DNA from: Eledone cirrhosa
Taxonomy: Eukaryota
Reading direction: 5' to 3'
NCBI GenBank assembly: GCA_964016885.1
Contig: OZ024743.1
Coordinates: forward strand, 32,736,001 to 32,800,000
DNA length: 64,000 bases
Shown: piece after piece, positions 1 through 13,562 of the stretch
Position numbering within the stretch: position 1 is the first letter of the stretch
Layout of the letters: every line of letters begins with the position of its first letter
The notes under the pieces: model-generated
Databases searched by the model: none
Told to the model about the DNA's origin: nothing
The model's input: the letters and a program-made list of their open reading frames with translations, nothing else
Translations under genes and position numbers: made by a program

Positions 1-1079
1 TAAGTTTGAAAATAATCAAATATTTGGAGGAATTAAATAAAACAACTCATTCATTCATTAGTAAGCTGATATTTAGAATATTACTTAAATATTTTTTAAA
101 CAAAATCACAATGGAAGGATTTAATATAAGTATAAACAATTTAAAATGTGAATTTTTTTAATCATAAATTCAAATTGGTTTCAGGCAGTTTGGTATCAAA
201 AAGAATTAGAACATTATTGAAAATTAGTTCTATTTCTCTTGTAAAATTCGCTACTGTGTGCTAACATCAACTTCTCATACTGTTCTTGCTATGTTACCTT
301 ATTCTCTTTGCAACCCCATCAATTGGTCACTTAGAGTAAGACGACTTTAACAAGACATGTTTCTATGTTTTGATCAATGTAATAATTTATTATCCAAAAT
401 TATTGCATTAATATGTATATAATTTTCCATTGTTATCTGTAGTTGTCTTTATATATACTGCAAGAGTATTGATCTGGATTCTGCAGATACATAAAGTCTT
501 ATTCCTTTCTTAGTATCCCATTATGGCATGCTTTCAGTTCAAATTACCCATAACTTATAACAGTCCCTGGAAATCAGCAGAAGAAAAGAATTTTCGGTTG
601 TAAAATAACTTTAAGAGAAGAATTTGAAATATCTTTTGACTTCAGACAATCACCCATTGTTATTTGAAATGTTTCAAGTCATTCTCTGCCATACACCATA
701 CTTTGTTGATGATGGAATAATAGACAATAGTTCTGTCATGAGAAGGGTTTCATATAACATTCACAGTATATCAGAGGGACTGGAGATGATAATGAAGATT
801 CTTATGAAAGAGGATTCAAAAGAATGATTTATATTTACCCATTTTAACTATACAGATACTCATAACTTTATATACATTCCAATACACTATAGTGGGGAGG
901 GTGTCTTTCAAATATATTGGCATGCATCAATTATAAATTATTACCCTTTCTATTGTTATTGATACTGTTGAATTTCTTTACATACTTTGCAGCTTTGACA
1001 ACTAAGCATCTGTTACACTTTTGTTTTTATCTTTCCCAGGAGAGTAGCATGCCTGTGATATGCTCATTATAGCTGAACC

Positions 1080-1171
1080 ATGGGAAACAAGTTTTGTGGC
1101 CCTCTACTTAAGAAGAACTATAGACATGAAAGCTATCCGTGGAATATTAGGAAAGATTCCCATCTTTTAAG
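1080..1171 (+). CDS. sif: First coding exon of a Still life (SIF type 1)/Tiam1-like Rac GEF, N-terminal 30 aa; exon spans 1040-1171
   Basis: Acceptor ttttatctttcccag ends at 1039, ACCATGG Kozak context at 1080, donor AG|GTAAGA at 1171/1172 (phase 2). The peptide MGNKFCGPLLKKNYRHESYPWNIRKDSHLL(R) resembles my recollection of the Drosophila SIF type 1 start (MGNKLSCSCAPLMRKAYRYEDSPW...RRDGHLL..RLWAEVFH). Gly2 and Cys6 fit myristoylation/palmitoylation. Confidence 0.82.
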
Positions 1172-1360
1172 GTAAGATCAAATTTTATAACATAATTCCT
1201 ATGTATTTAATTATGTTATGATATGGACACATACATACAAACATACATACAAACATACACATATGTAAGTAACTCTTATTTTGTATGTTAAATTGTTTAT
1301 ATCTGAAGGCAAGAAGGATATGTGTGTTTATGAGGCCAAACTGAGGCTGAAACATGTTAA

Positions 1361-1708
1361 CCCTTTACCATTTACATTATTCTATATACTGAGTTCAAAT
1401 CCCATCGAGGTTAACTTTGCCTTTCATCCTTACGGGGTCGATAAAATAAAGTACCACTAATTCACTGGGATAATTGCTGGCCTTGTGCCAAAAGTAGAAA
1501 CAATTATTCTATATATACTATTGTATTTTTACAGTAAACACTTTATCTCTTATAATTATCTCTCATAATATCGAATCTAGGACATGTTGATATTATTTAT
1601 TTTGAGATCATTACCTTAACATCAGTATGAGCAGCTAGTTATGGTTGGGTTGAACAGAAAGAGGTGAGAAAACTCTGGCCGGATATGGCCAGTTTAAATG
1701 GTAAAGGG
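1361..1708. mobile_element. piggyBac-type MITE with a nested SINE
   Basis: TTAA on both sides (1357-1360, 1709-1712) and 14-bp TIRs ccctttaccattta / taaatggtaaaggg. Confidence 0.75.
1389..1508 (+). mobile_element. tRNA-derived SINE, family A (Nin/Deu-domain-like core), 5'-truncated
   Basis: B-box gagttcaaatccc, core gcctttcatccttacggggtcgataaaataaagtacc and tail gtagaaacaattatt; at least 10 copies in the window. Confidence 0.85.
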
Positions 1709-2993
1709 TTAATTCAATCGTGCTTTTTTTGCTAACTTCTTGAAATTAATTACCAGCAGGGTTCTATATACCTTCTCTATCAGTGAAAGAGGACATTTTC
1801 ATAACTTAACCATTTATCATTCAATACACTCCTGTCACCTTCAGTAAACTTCTTATCAAAAGACACACAAATGAACAGTGGTTGCTTGGCTGCCAAATAT
1901 GTTTAAAATTCTTTTTGGGTGGCTATTAAACTTAAACTACCTAATTTATAGATAGTTTTACGAAATTTTTACATGCATGCTGATTATCAAACATGTACTT
2001 ACAGCCTTTGTTTCACTCAGACACCCACACACACACTAGCTTGCAATAACTGGTTCATACACGCATGACAATATTTATGTATGAGATCAATCTTTAGCTT
2101 TGCAAAGTATAAGGCAATTTTCCTAGAGTTGCAGTCATGACATAATGAACTCAATACACTCTGTAACACATGTAGTGATAGAATGAAGACAATATAAGGT
2201 TTTAAGCATCTTCTGTTATGTTGAGGACTTAAAAAGATCTATAGCGCTTCTGCTATAATTGAAAGCACCTTGTACACTCTGGGAAGTAGGTAATGTTAAG
2301 AAGGGCATCCAACCATAAACACCTAGCAAATATCGAACATACAAGCATTCTGTGGTCTTCCGATTCATCTAAGAGGTCACTCACTTTGAATGGAACTGAC
2401 TCTGATGACTTTGATTATATATATGTGTGTGTGTGTGTAGATCATGATTTTACCAGTTTTAAACCAGTAAGACTGTACTCGATACTTGGGATAATATAGT
2501 GTAAATATATTAGAGAGTTGGGACCCAATGACTGTGTTCTTGCTGTTTTGACAGCAAATTCCAGACTCTCTTATATATATATAGATAGATATATATCATC
2601 ATCATCATTTTTCCACTTTCCACACTAGCATGGCTTAGATGGGTTGTCCATATATATTAATAGTCCAAGCCTCACAGAGGAATAGAAGAGTAATCTCCAA
2701 CATTACCTGAGGTTCTCAATGGATCTCTTGATAATAGATGGTACATTTAAAATATATTGGGATTAATAAATATCTACAAAATAACATTAACTCTGATTCT
2801 TGATGTTCTTCCCCTTCTCCATTCAACCTCACCTCTCCCATTCCTCATACAATTTTTTAACCTAAATATTTACATGTCTGCCTGGATTATGGCAGCTTTT
2901 GAGACAACTACTTTTCATATCTCACAATATATATATATATATATAATGGACATTAAACAATGATGCTGATGATGATGATATATATATATATGT

Positions 2994-3380
2994 ATATATT
3001 GGTAAACGGAAAAGAAAATGCTGACAAATTGTTCACAGTGGAAAATAGTTTAATTAGGAATAAGTGAGAATTAGTAATAGTATTGGTTAGTATTCAGTTT
3101 TTGGTTTTAAGTTTTACCGGTTGCGCATTTCTAATGCTTTTCAAAAATAATTTTGAGATAGAGCGTCCGTGATGTTTGCTCTAATCCGATTAGAGCAAAC
3201 ATCACGGACGCTCTATCTCAAAATTATTTTTGAAAAGCATTAGAAATGCGCAACCGGTAAAACTTAAAACCAAAAACTGAATACTAACCAATACTATTAC
3301 TAATTCTCACTTATTCCTAATTAAACTATTTTCCACTGTGAACAATTTGTCAGCATTTTCTTTTCCGTTTACCAATATAT
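2994..3380. repeat. Perfect 387-bp palindrome (193-bp arms, 1-nt loop at 3187) between (TA)n tracts
   Basis: The arms read as exact reverse complements, from atatattggtaaacgg... to ...ccgtttaccaatatat; the centre is ctaatc-c-gattag. Confidence 0.95.
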
Positions 3381-3410
3381 CATAACTTGTGTGTTACACC
3401 TCTATTCTTT

Positions 3411-3458
<48 letters not shown>

Positions 3459-3488
<30 letters not shown>

Positions 3489-3635
3489 GTTTAATGCCCA
3501 TTTTCCCATTAGAGGCAATTTGGGTCAGGTGACCATGTCTTGCTTTTATAGGACTGTTTCTGGCTAGATTTTACGGCTGGATGCCCTCCTAATACCTAAT
3601 ACCAACCACTTTACAGTGTGGGTTGGGTGCTTTAT
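3459..3635 (-). mobile_element. Non-autonomous retroelement with an RTE-type (ATG)n tail (related copies ~9830-10010, 20605-21050, 30191-30350, 55746-55985)
   Basis: On + it reads (CAT)n, then tttaatgcccattttcc and ttttacggctggatgccc...accaaccactttacagtgtgg. The tail matches that of the RTE fragments at 18883 and 37905. Confidence 0.65.
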
Positions 3636-3664
3636 GTCAGAACTTCTACACATATAGCAGCATA

Positions 3665-3695
<31 letters not shown>

Positions 3696-5416
3696 ATATA
3701 TATATATATATGCTGCTATACTCCATCTCCAAGTGCAGAACTCAATGTCTCATCATGCAGGTAGATGTTGTAACCCTTTCACAATGTTGTAACCATTACA
3801 CAAGAGCATTTTGGTGTAAATGGTGAAATGCTTGCAAAACAGCACAAAATTAAATATGTCTGATGTTGTGACTCCAGGTGAAACACTTCCATCCTTCTCC
3901 ACACATCAAGTGTTATAGGACATAAACACAGGCACAGATATAAATGTAAGCACAGACACTCACAGACACATGCACACACATGCTCATGATAGGCTTCAAC
4001 AATTTCCCTCTACCAAATTCCACTCGGAAAGCAATTATCAACTTGAATCTCTAGCAGAAGATACTTGCCCAAGGTACTATGCAATGTGCCTGGAATCCAA
4101 GCTACATAGCTGTGAAGTGAACTCCTTAAACATACAGTACTTAGTTAAATAAATTAAACAAAATGATTTTCATCTCAGTATCAAAACTATACACTTTTCC
4201 CCCTGAAAACTTACTCTCATCCATAATTCATAACTAGTTAATAAGAATATCCTAATGTTCAATCACTAGGTCATCATAATTGCTAACCTCAAACTAGATT
4301 AAGTTTCTTAGCCAAAGATCCAAATTAATTACTAAAGCAAAATATATATATACTCAATCAATGTGTCAAAATCTAGCCCTTGGCCTAGAATTTCTTCTAT
4401 GAATGTAGCAGATTTGCAACATCTCAATAAATCTTTTCCAACAATGGATTTCTCAGTGAAATGAGTTATTGGAAAGGCGAGTCACATTACTTACTGACTG
4501 AGAAATTCTTTCCTTTACTACTTGCAAGATTTCAGATTTAATCATAAGATCTAAAACAAACAACAAAATAAACATGTCCTCTGGTTATTACTTAAATGAA
4601 ATAAGAATAAACTGTTCTGTGTGCCATTGGAACATATTTGCATTTTGTCCTGTTTACCTGCAGCATTTCAATTTGAAGATTAGTGTTGTTATTGTTAAAT
4701 TTTGCTTGTTTTTATTATTCATCTAGAAATAGAAAAAAAGTGTTAATCCTCCAAATAGCTGTATGCTGATTCTATTTAGATTTTCCTATTTACCGACCCA
4801 GGATATCTTACTGTATTATGCTATTTGACTGCTTCCTGTTAAGTCATCACAATATTAATATATTTTATTTGTATTTTGTATTAACAGTTCTTTTATATAT
4901 CAAATATTTCAATTTCAGCAACAACAATAATTTATTTTATTTGCCAGATAAAGGTGATATTACAGGGACAAGTTATGACATTAAGGTGAAGGTTTACATA
5001 GAAATGAAATTTCTATTATCATTCATAACAGGTCCATGATGTTGGTGGCAATACAAGGATGAAAATCAACACAAAATAAGGTTTAAATTGAATAAAGGGA
5101 AAGAGAAATTTACTAAGGGAACAGTCATCATCAACAGGGTTGGAGACATAACAATAATTATATTTAATATTAATAATACAAAAAATATAATAAAAGCCAA
5201 TGATAAAAGCTCCCCATTAAGAATGGATGACCCTTCTAGGGAGAACGCCACACAAAACACTGGATTACTCTATTGCATTACGGACATTGACAGTCCTTGC
5301 TCCCAGTTTCTTTCCCCTTGCTTAGAAAAGCATTGGCAGAATAGGACCCTTCAGCCTCATCAATCTAGATGTTCTCACCTATCTTTTATGAAACACACTA
5401 AAAGACATCTTTCAAT

Positions 5417-6345
5417 AATAATTGTTTCTACTTTTGGCACAAGGCCATCAATTACCCAGTACATTACTGGTACTTTATTTTATCGACCCCGTAAGGATGA
5501 AAGGCAAAGTTAAACTCGGCGGGATTTGAACTCAGACCGTAAAGGGACGTTACTATGCTGGAAAGCATGGCGTCCGACCCTCTACCGATAAATGGTTTCT
5601 GATTTAGGCACAAGGCCAGCAATTTGAAGGGGAGGGGAAAGTCGATTAAATCGACCCCAGTGCATTACTGGTGCTTTATTTATCGACCCTGTAAGGATGA
5701 AAGTCAAAGCTAACCTTGGCAGGATGTAAAGTGATATAACTCTATGCAGTGAAGCATAGTTAGATTCAACATAAATTACCACACACCAATACCACATATT
5801 GCAAAAATAATAGTAAAGCACTAAGAAATATTTTAAGAAATAAATTATAACATAAACTGAAATAAAAACAGAAAACTGACAAGAATCTATATTCAAAACT
5901 AAATTACAAAACAAACTGTAAATCCTTATTTCAAACAATTAGCAACATCTACAGTGATTTCAATTTTACATTAACAACTTAAAATAAGATAGCAACATAT
6001 CAATAATTGTTTCTACTTTTGGCACAAGGCCAGCAATTACCTCAGTGCATTACTGGTATTTTGTTTTATCTACCCCGTAAGGATGAAAGGCAAAGTTGAC
6101 CTCGGTGGGATTTGAACTCAGACCGTAAAGGGCCATAACTCTATGCTACAAAGCATATCAATAATTGTTTCTAATTTTGACACAAGGCTAGCAATTATCC
6201 CAGTGTATTATTGGTACTTTATTTTATCGACCCTGTAAGGATGAAAGGCAAAGTTAACCTCGACGGGATTTGAACTCAGACCATAAAGAGCCGTAACTCT
6301 TTGCTGCAAAGCATGGCATCAGACCCTCTGCTGATACTGCCAATT
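5417..6345 (-). mobile_element. Cluster of four family A SINEs in two head-to-tail pairs (5417-5590 with 5591-5757; 6002-6155 with 6160-6345)
   Basis: Reverse-complement core tttatcgaccccgtaaggatgaaaggcaaagtt and B-box gggatttgaactc. Confidence 0.85.
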
Positions 6346-6360
6346 CTAATGAGCACAAAC

Positions 6361-6531
6361 CAGTGCCAGATTTAAGACAAATTAGGCCATGTGCTAGTTA
6401 AGTTATGAGGCCCTTGACATGAGCCCTGAAGGAGGTAGGCCAAGTAAAAGAAAATTTTAGGCAGGAAGATGGGTTCCCTCCTGGCCAATGGGGCTTAAGC
6501 ACACCTAAGCGCAATGGTAAATCTGGCACTG
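6361..6531. mobile_element. hAT-type MITE
   Basis: 14-bp TIRs cagtgccagattta / taaatctggcactg; imperfect 8-bp TSD gcacaaac/gcacacat; second copy at 47811-47988. Confidence 0.8.
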
Positions 6532-9500
6532 GCACACATCCTTATCAAATACTGTTCTACAATCAGCCATCAAAACCTCCATAAAGACCTGAGTGATACA
6601 ATTTAACTACTTTTATTCAAAAATATATTAGAGAAGAGTTTTTTTTTGTTTTTCTGCATCATATTATAAATAAGCCTATACTTTTATTTTTGTATGAATA
6701 TATTACTGAAAATATGGTGTACACAGTGGCCAACAGTAGATGAAAAGTTGCATGAACCAGTAGATGAAAAGTTGTCCCGCCTTGTTTATCTGCCTTACCT
6801 CTTGCAGAACCCCAGGTGTATGCTACCTTATGGTCACAACTGGCAGAATAGAGAAAGCATTACTCAAGAAGATAGTAAAGGAGTCATGCTGAAAGAGTCA
6901 TTCCAACATGTGGGGCTCACTCTTGCAGAACTAAAATATCATCATAAGACATGTAAATATATCCAAAATATTTTTAAAATTACAACAACCACAACTATCT
7001 TACTCTGATTAAGTCATCTCTGCCTACTTCTTAATAAGGCCACCACTAGAATATGTGTGGGTTTGCAGAAATATGTTCAGTATGTTAAAACTGCACCAAA
7101 TATGAATTCTCATTGTGAGAAATATGGTCTTTATGATTTAGTTGGGAAAACTAATCTGTAAGTTGCCCCATAATATTTCACCCATTACCTCTGTTGTATG
7201 AGACTTCTGCATCAGAATTGACGTGGATCTACAATAATAACAACAGTAAACAACTTTAAACTCTTCCTACTAAAATTGTAAAATTCAAATACTATAAAAG
7301 TAAATTTTAAGAATAGTCCAATGAAGCAACATACCACAGACCTATCCCTTTTCTATAAACTTTGTAACACATTCTAAAAGGATTTAATGCTATCATTGCC
7401 ATATTTCAAATATTGCTTATTATTTTCAAATAATTTTGAAAATAATCAGGGATTTAGAGGGGTTGAGCAATATAACTTCCTCATTATTAAGCTGGTGTTT
7501 TGAGCATAGCTTTACAAAGGTGGCTAGATAAAATTATGAGTGATGGTTTTTCGATAAATATAAACACTTCAAAATAAGCAGCTTCATATTATAGAATCAG
7601 GATTGACTTCAGGCACTTTTGCATCAAAAGGGTTAATCTAACTTTCACCATACTTTACCTATCTCCTTCCATCGCAACAAATTAACTTCTTACTTTTATA
7701 TTCACATATTCCACTGTTTCAAGCTTCTTCAGATTAGATGGCTTCATTAACAAAATATCTGTACCACTCTAAATGTCAGCAAAGTCAATATCATTCATGA
7801 AAATATAATATGTAATACTTACATAGAAATTAACACTAAACATTGCCTGACTTCAATTTTAAACAACAAATTCTTTATCTTCCAAATAAAAAGCCAAAAG
7901 TCTCCATGTGCAACATATGCCTGTACCAAATCAGTCGTCTCTCCTGCACACCACCTTAGATTCTTCTTAAACCTAGCTTCTCTCTCAGCTCATCCAAGCT
8001 CTACCTTTCTCTCACATTTACATTGCACATCCAACAAAGCATGGCTGCTTCATTTCTCTTCAGTCTTCATTTCTCTCCACGACTTCTACAGTCACAGCCC
8101 ATATTTCACTACAATGCCACATCACAATTCACACACATGCATCATGCAGTCATTATTTTGTACATAAGAGACAAACCTTTTGTTGTCAACAGTGAGAGAA
8201 GCTCTCTAAGTTTTTTTCCATCCTATCCTTATTCTAGCTATTATGCCTTCAGGGCACTATCCTCTGCTGTAGCAAAAGGTATCAACCATTTCTATGGACC
8301 TCTATATATGTATGTGTGTCAGTGTGTGTGTGTGTGTGTGGTCACAGTGAGAAAGGAAACAGAGAAAACTTACTGATATATCTGTATATGTAAATATAAC
8401 ATATCATATCTACTCCTCTATGTATTGGACATTATATACTCATGAAAACCAATTTGTTTTATTTATTGTATAATATACACAACATACACTTGCCTCTCAT
8501 GACCAGAAATGACAAACAACTGTGACCTTGGTCGTCTTCTAACACCTTCATAATTGCCCTTCAAAATTAATTAAAGTAACACCTTGAGAATTTCCAGAAG
8601 TGCAGCTACTATTGCTCCTCCACCCATTCTCAACCTATCACATTCTTCAATGTACTTTATACTTCACTGATTTCAATGATTTCTTCCAAATTTTTTATTT
8701 TCATTTTGCATTTCTCCACCATTCTTTCTTCCCTGCTTTTATTTGTTACATTTATGCATTTCTTCCTTTCATTTATTTTTCTTCATAAATCAATTATATG
8801 CATTGTTAGATACTTACAGGAGCTTGTTTTTCTTCATTAATTCTTCAGCTTGCTTCTCCTCTTTTCTTTATCATTTCACTGTCTTTCCTCCATTGCCTGT
8901 TTGAATATCTGTTGTTTTCTTGTTTTAGCTATTCTCCACTCTTCATATCTTGAGCAGGTTTTCGTTTTAAAGCTCGTTATAAGCTCATTTACATATTTAT
9001 TTATTTTCTCATCATAGTTTATTTAGCTTATTTACTTCTTTGTTTAGTAAATAGCATACTTATTTTGGGTCTTATAGTTTTTACCCAAAAGCCATGCCAG
9101 TTTATCAGTATGTTAAACACCTATCAGTTTAGTGGTTGTTTTCTTGCTTTCTTAAGATTTAGCTCCATGGAGGAAAGTGGTCCCATTCTTATATATAAAT
9201 TGGATACTTGTGTTCTATGATAGCTGCAAACATCTTTACACATAAATAAACCTCATTTATACCAAGGCCAAATACATCTTAGTTTGAGGAAAAAATAATA
9301 ATCAAAACAAGTGTATTCTTCACAATTTTATTCACATCAACTCTAAAGTAATCTGATTTCTATTTCTATAGCTATAGAGTGACTACAAATAATATCTTTT
9401 GAACTGAACACTACTCTCAATTTATCTGATCTCCATAACTACACAAATGTAAATTCTCTTTTAAGTTTAAATTCAAAATTGAACTCATGACATCTAACAG

Positions 9501-10031
9501 ATTGAAAGGTATATGCAATTGGAATATTTCAACACTGAATAAATACAAAATAGATTAACCAAGCCATTATTTGTTTGTTTACGAAATTTCTTCTTCAAAT
9601 TTCACAAAGAAAAGACACTGTTTGGAAAAATTATCAACAGTCTATAAAAGAAGTGAATAATGAACCCATGTGTATGTGGGTGTAGGAGTGTGTGTGTTTT
9701 TTGTGCACCCACTGCTACACACATCCTAATTCATTATTCGCTTCTTAGACTGATATATATATATATATATGCACACACATACATCTGGGTTTAATACAGT
9801 GTGTGAGTATATATTTATATATATATATATCATCATCATCATCATCATCATTTCATTTTACGTCCGCTTTTCCCTGCTTGCAAGGGTGGGACGGGAACTG
9901 ATTCTGGCTTGATTTCTACAGCTGGATGCCTTTCCTAACACCAACCTCATTTACAGTGAGTGCTGGGTGCTTTTTTTCCATGGCACCTCCATGACCACTC
10001 TACAGTGGAATGATATGGACCCCAGTCCTAT

Positions 10032-10181
10032 CATCTCATTTCTACAGCTGAGTAAACTGGAGCAATGTGAAATAAAGTACCTTGCTCAAGGAAACAACAC
10101 ATCACCCAGTCTGAGAATTGAACTCACAACCTTTCGATTGCAAGGCCAATGCTCTAACCACTAAGCCATGTGCCTCCACAT

Positions 10182-10255
<74 letters not shown>

Positions 10256-10390
10256 AATGGCCTAATGGTTAAGGAGATTGCTTCACAATCATTAGTCCCC
10301 AGGTTCGATTCATGAGCAGGCTGCACCATTGATCAAACAATTAAAACACTCATCATCAAAACCAATGTAGGTCTTTTTCTTTCTCTCTCA

Positions 10391-10447
<57 letters not shown>

Positions 10448-10725
10448 AATGGACATGAGATTTGCACCTAGAAAGTTTCCCTCCGAGGCACAAGTCCGAG
10501 CAAGTTTGTTTGTGGAAAACCAGCAGTTTCCTATGCATACCAGTCTCCCCTTTCCACACCATCAATGTTGTCTAAAGGAAAGGCAATGGCTGATACAGCT
10601 TGGCACCAGTAACATCACAACTCATTTCTACAGCTGAGTAAACTGGAGCAATGCGAAATAATGTCTTGCTTAAGGACACAATGCATCACCCAGTCCGAGA
10701 ATCAAACTGACAACCACTAAGCCAT
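10032..10725 (-). mobile_element. Two tRNA-derived SINEs, family B (10032-10180, 10451-10725; also 34640-34765 on - and 63685-64000 on +)
   Basis: Shared ctcatttctacagctgagtaaactggagcaatg..aaataa..cttgct.aagga.ac core followed by a reverse tRNA-like head (gaattgaactc...aaccactaagcc). Confidence 0.7.
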
Positions 10726-12455
10726 GCTTATATACACAGACAATAAAGTTTTCATCACTTCATGTTGCGCTTCTCTGTACACTCACCAGCAACAGAGAGG
10801 TTGAAAGAAGTGAAAATATCGACTGTACTGTCCTTTGAATTTGTTTGTGGTGAGCCTCTGGATAACATTTAATGGGATAGGCATAGTTTTATATATCACA
10901 GCCTAGGAAAGGCAATATCCTTTTACTTGTCGTGTGGTTGATTTGTGGCAGTTGTGCAGATGCGAGTTCTTATAAGGTCCAGATCAAATCCTGTTGAGAC
11001 TCTTAGTACATTAATGATTATGCCCCTCCCCCAATAACACTACCACCACAACAATACTCCATATATATAAAGTCTTCAAAATAATTTGTTGGGGTAATGA
11101 CAAATACATTTAATTTGAATAGAATGTTGCTTCTCTTTCCTTTGCTTGGTGGTTAATCCAGCCCTGCATGTTGTGGTGTCAGTGTTGTTGTCAAGACAAA
11201 AATAATTATTTTCTTCATACACAGTAAACTATAGCAATTACTTTGACATATTTCACAGCTGGCTGGCTGTTCATCAGAAGATACATACTCAAAAACTTCT
11301 GCCTTTCAAGAGAATAAATTGCTAACAGAAATGGCAAAACTAATTTGCACAATCTGCATTTGTTATCAACATGATTAATTAAATGATAGATAATTATGCA
11401 CAACATGACATATATTAGAAAATCTAAAATAAATTTATGAATGCATGGTAAAGAAATGATTGGTCAAGTCCCAGTATTTGCCTATCTTCCTCTCCTCTAT
11501 GTTACAGGCAGTAGTGCCTATATTTGTGGCCAAAGCAACAAGGCTTGAAGGCAGAGAACATGTAGCAACACATTACATCCCAGATTAGAATTTATCTCCT
11601 CTAAATAAGAAGAGTCTTGGTACTTACAGTCACAGAAGTTGAGGCTGGCAGGCTTCAGTTGTGATGGGAAACTAGCTGTGCCTAGTGATTAACCAACATG
11701 AGTCCTACTTTGTCAGATAATTTCTGCATTTTGATAACTATCCCTAATAATCTAGCTTCTTATCTTGCCTTCATATTCTTACTAATGGTGGGTGCTTTTT
11801 GTTGTGATACTTACACGACCACTTTACAGTGTGGGCTGGGCACTTTTTTTCATATCTACATGACCACTTTACAGCGTGGACTGGGTGCTTTTTGTTGTGA
11901 CACTATAGATAATGAAGGAAGAGTATGAGTGGAGGGAGACTGCCCTTGAAAAAGCCTGTCCAACCCATGCTAACATGGAAGTGGCTCAACCAGTGAATCT
12001 GCAGCATCACAAACAGAATCCAAACATGCACGGCAATCACTGACATCTGATGCAAAGATAAATCAGCCAGTCAGGATTCCATCAGTGGACACAATATAAC
12101 TGGAGATCAAATATTAACTCAATGTCTTCAGTTGTCCACCATGCTACTTACATCATCCAAGGAGAACCTTCAGTGTCATTGCATCATGAATGACCTTCTG
12201 TTGTGAGCAACAGTGTACATAACCAAATCTACAGAGGCAGCTTTTAAATAGGAGTTATGGGAAAGAATCCATTCCAAACAATAGAATATATATTTATCTC
12301 AGAAATTATTAAAGAAAAACTCTGTAAAACCATGGAATGCATTTAGAACTAATGCTGAGTATCTACATTGAAATCTTATTTAAAATTAAATACTATATAT
12401 GTGTGTGAGTGTGTATGTGTGTGCATATGTGTGTTTGTACATATGTGTGTGTGTG

Positions 12456-12499
<44 letters not shown>

Positions 12500-13480
12500 C
12501 TCACCCTTGCAAACAGGGAAAAGCGGACGTAAAATGATGATGATATTCATTCAGACACTACATATATATATCCTCCTCCTCCTCCATTATCATCATCATC
12601 ATCATATTTTATTTTATTAAAGCAACTTGTGTTATTTTCTCTCAAAATTTCCCTTCAAGCCAGTTTCCATTTTTGACCAAGTTAACTAATAGTTTACATT
12701 TATCAGTTTTTCACTCTTCATTCTGTTGTAATCTAGCTTTTGCTTGATACTACCACACAACATCCACCGCTCCTACCACCAACGCTAACACCTCACTTCA
12801 AACCAACCAACCAATCTTCCTCACACCTCAGCCATCATATAATAAATGATAAATTACTATCCAGCTATATTTAACAGAATTTTCAAGGTTAAGAAAAGTG
12901 ATAGAAAAAACAAACAAACAAACAAGAAGAATTAATCAATATGTAAATCACATACACACACACACACACACACACAAAAATAATGATTTCTTTCAAAAGA
13001 GTTAATGACTGGATGGCAGAGAACAGAAATGTCTGTAAAAGGGGTGAAGACCAAGAGTGATGACTACTTGCTCTGACAAATTTCAAATGAGTTCAAAATT
13101 AGTGTATCAATTCAATTAAACTTCCTTTAGTCTTCATTAACTTACTTTATAACAGTGGCAATTGTTGCTGCAGTTTCTTACACTTATTTTCTTTGCTTGT
13201 TTCCCTGTTTCGTCTCAGACATTTTCCTGTATCTCAATAACACTTTATGTGTGCAGGCTTAAATTAGCTGTAAAATTTGATTAAGTCCACCACTGGCTGT
13301 TACGAACACAGCACTTCTGGAAAAAGAATTCAGACAAAATCAATAATTGGTAATTGAAACATATAAAAGTGGTAAGGTATAACAACAATAGTGTTTGAGA
13401 TATCTGCTGAAGCCATTTAGTCTTGACAAGAAATACATTCTGATGATAAAATGTGTGAATGGTGCACTTATATAAATATA

Positions 13481-13487
13481 TCTAAAT

Positions 13488-13562
<75 letters not shown>

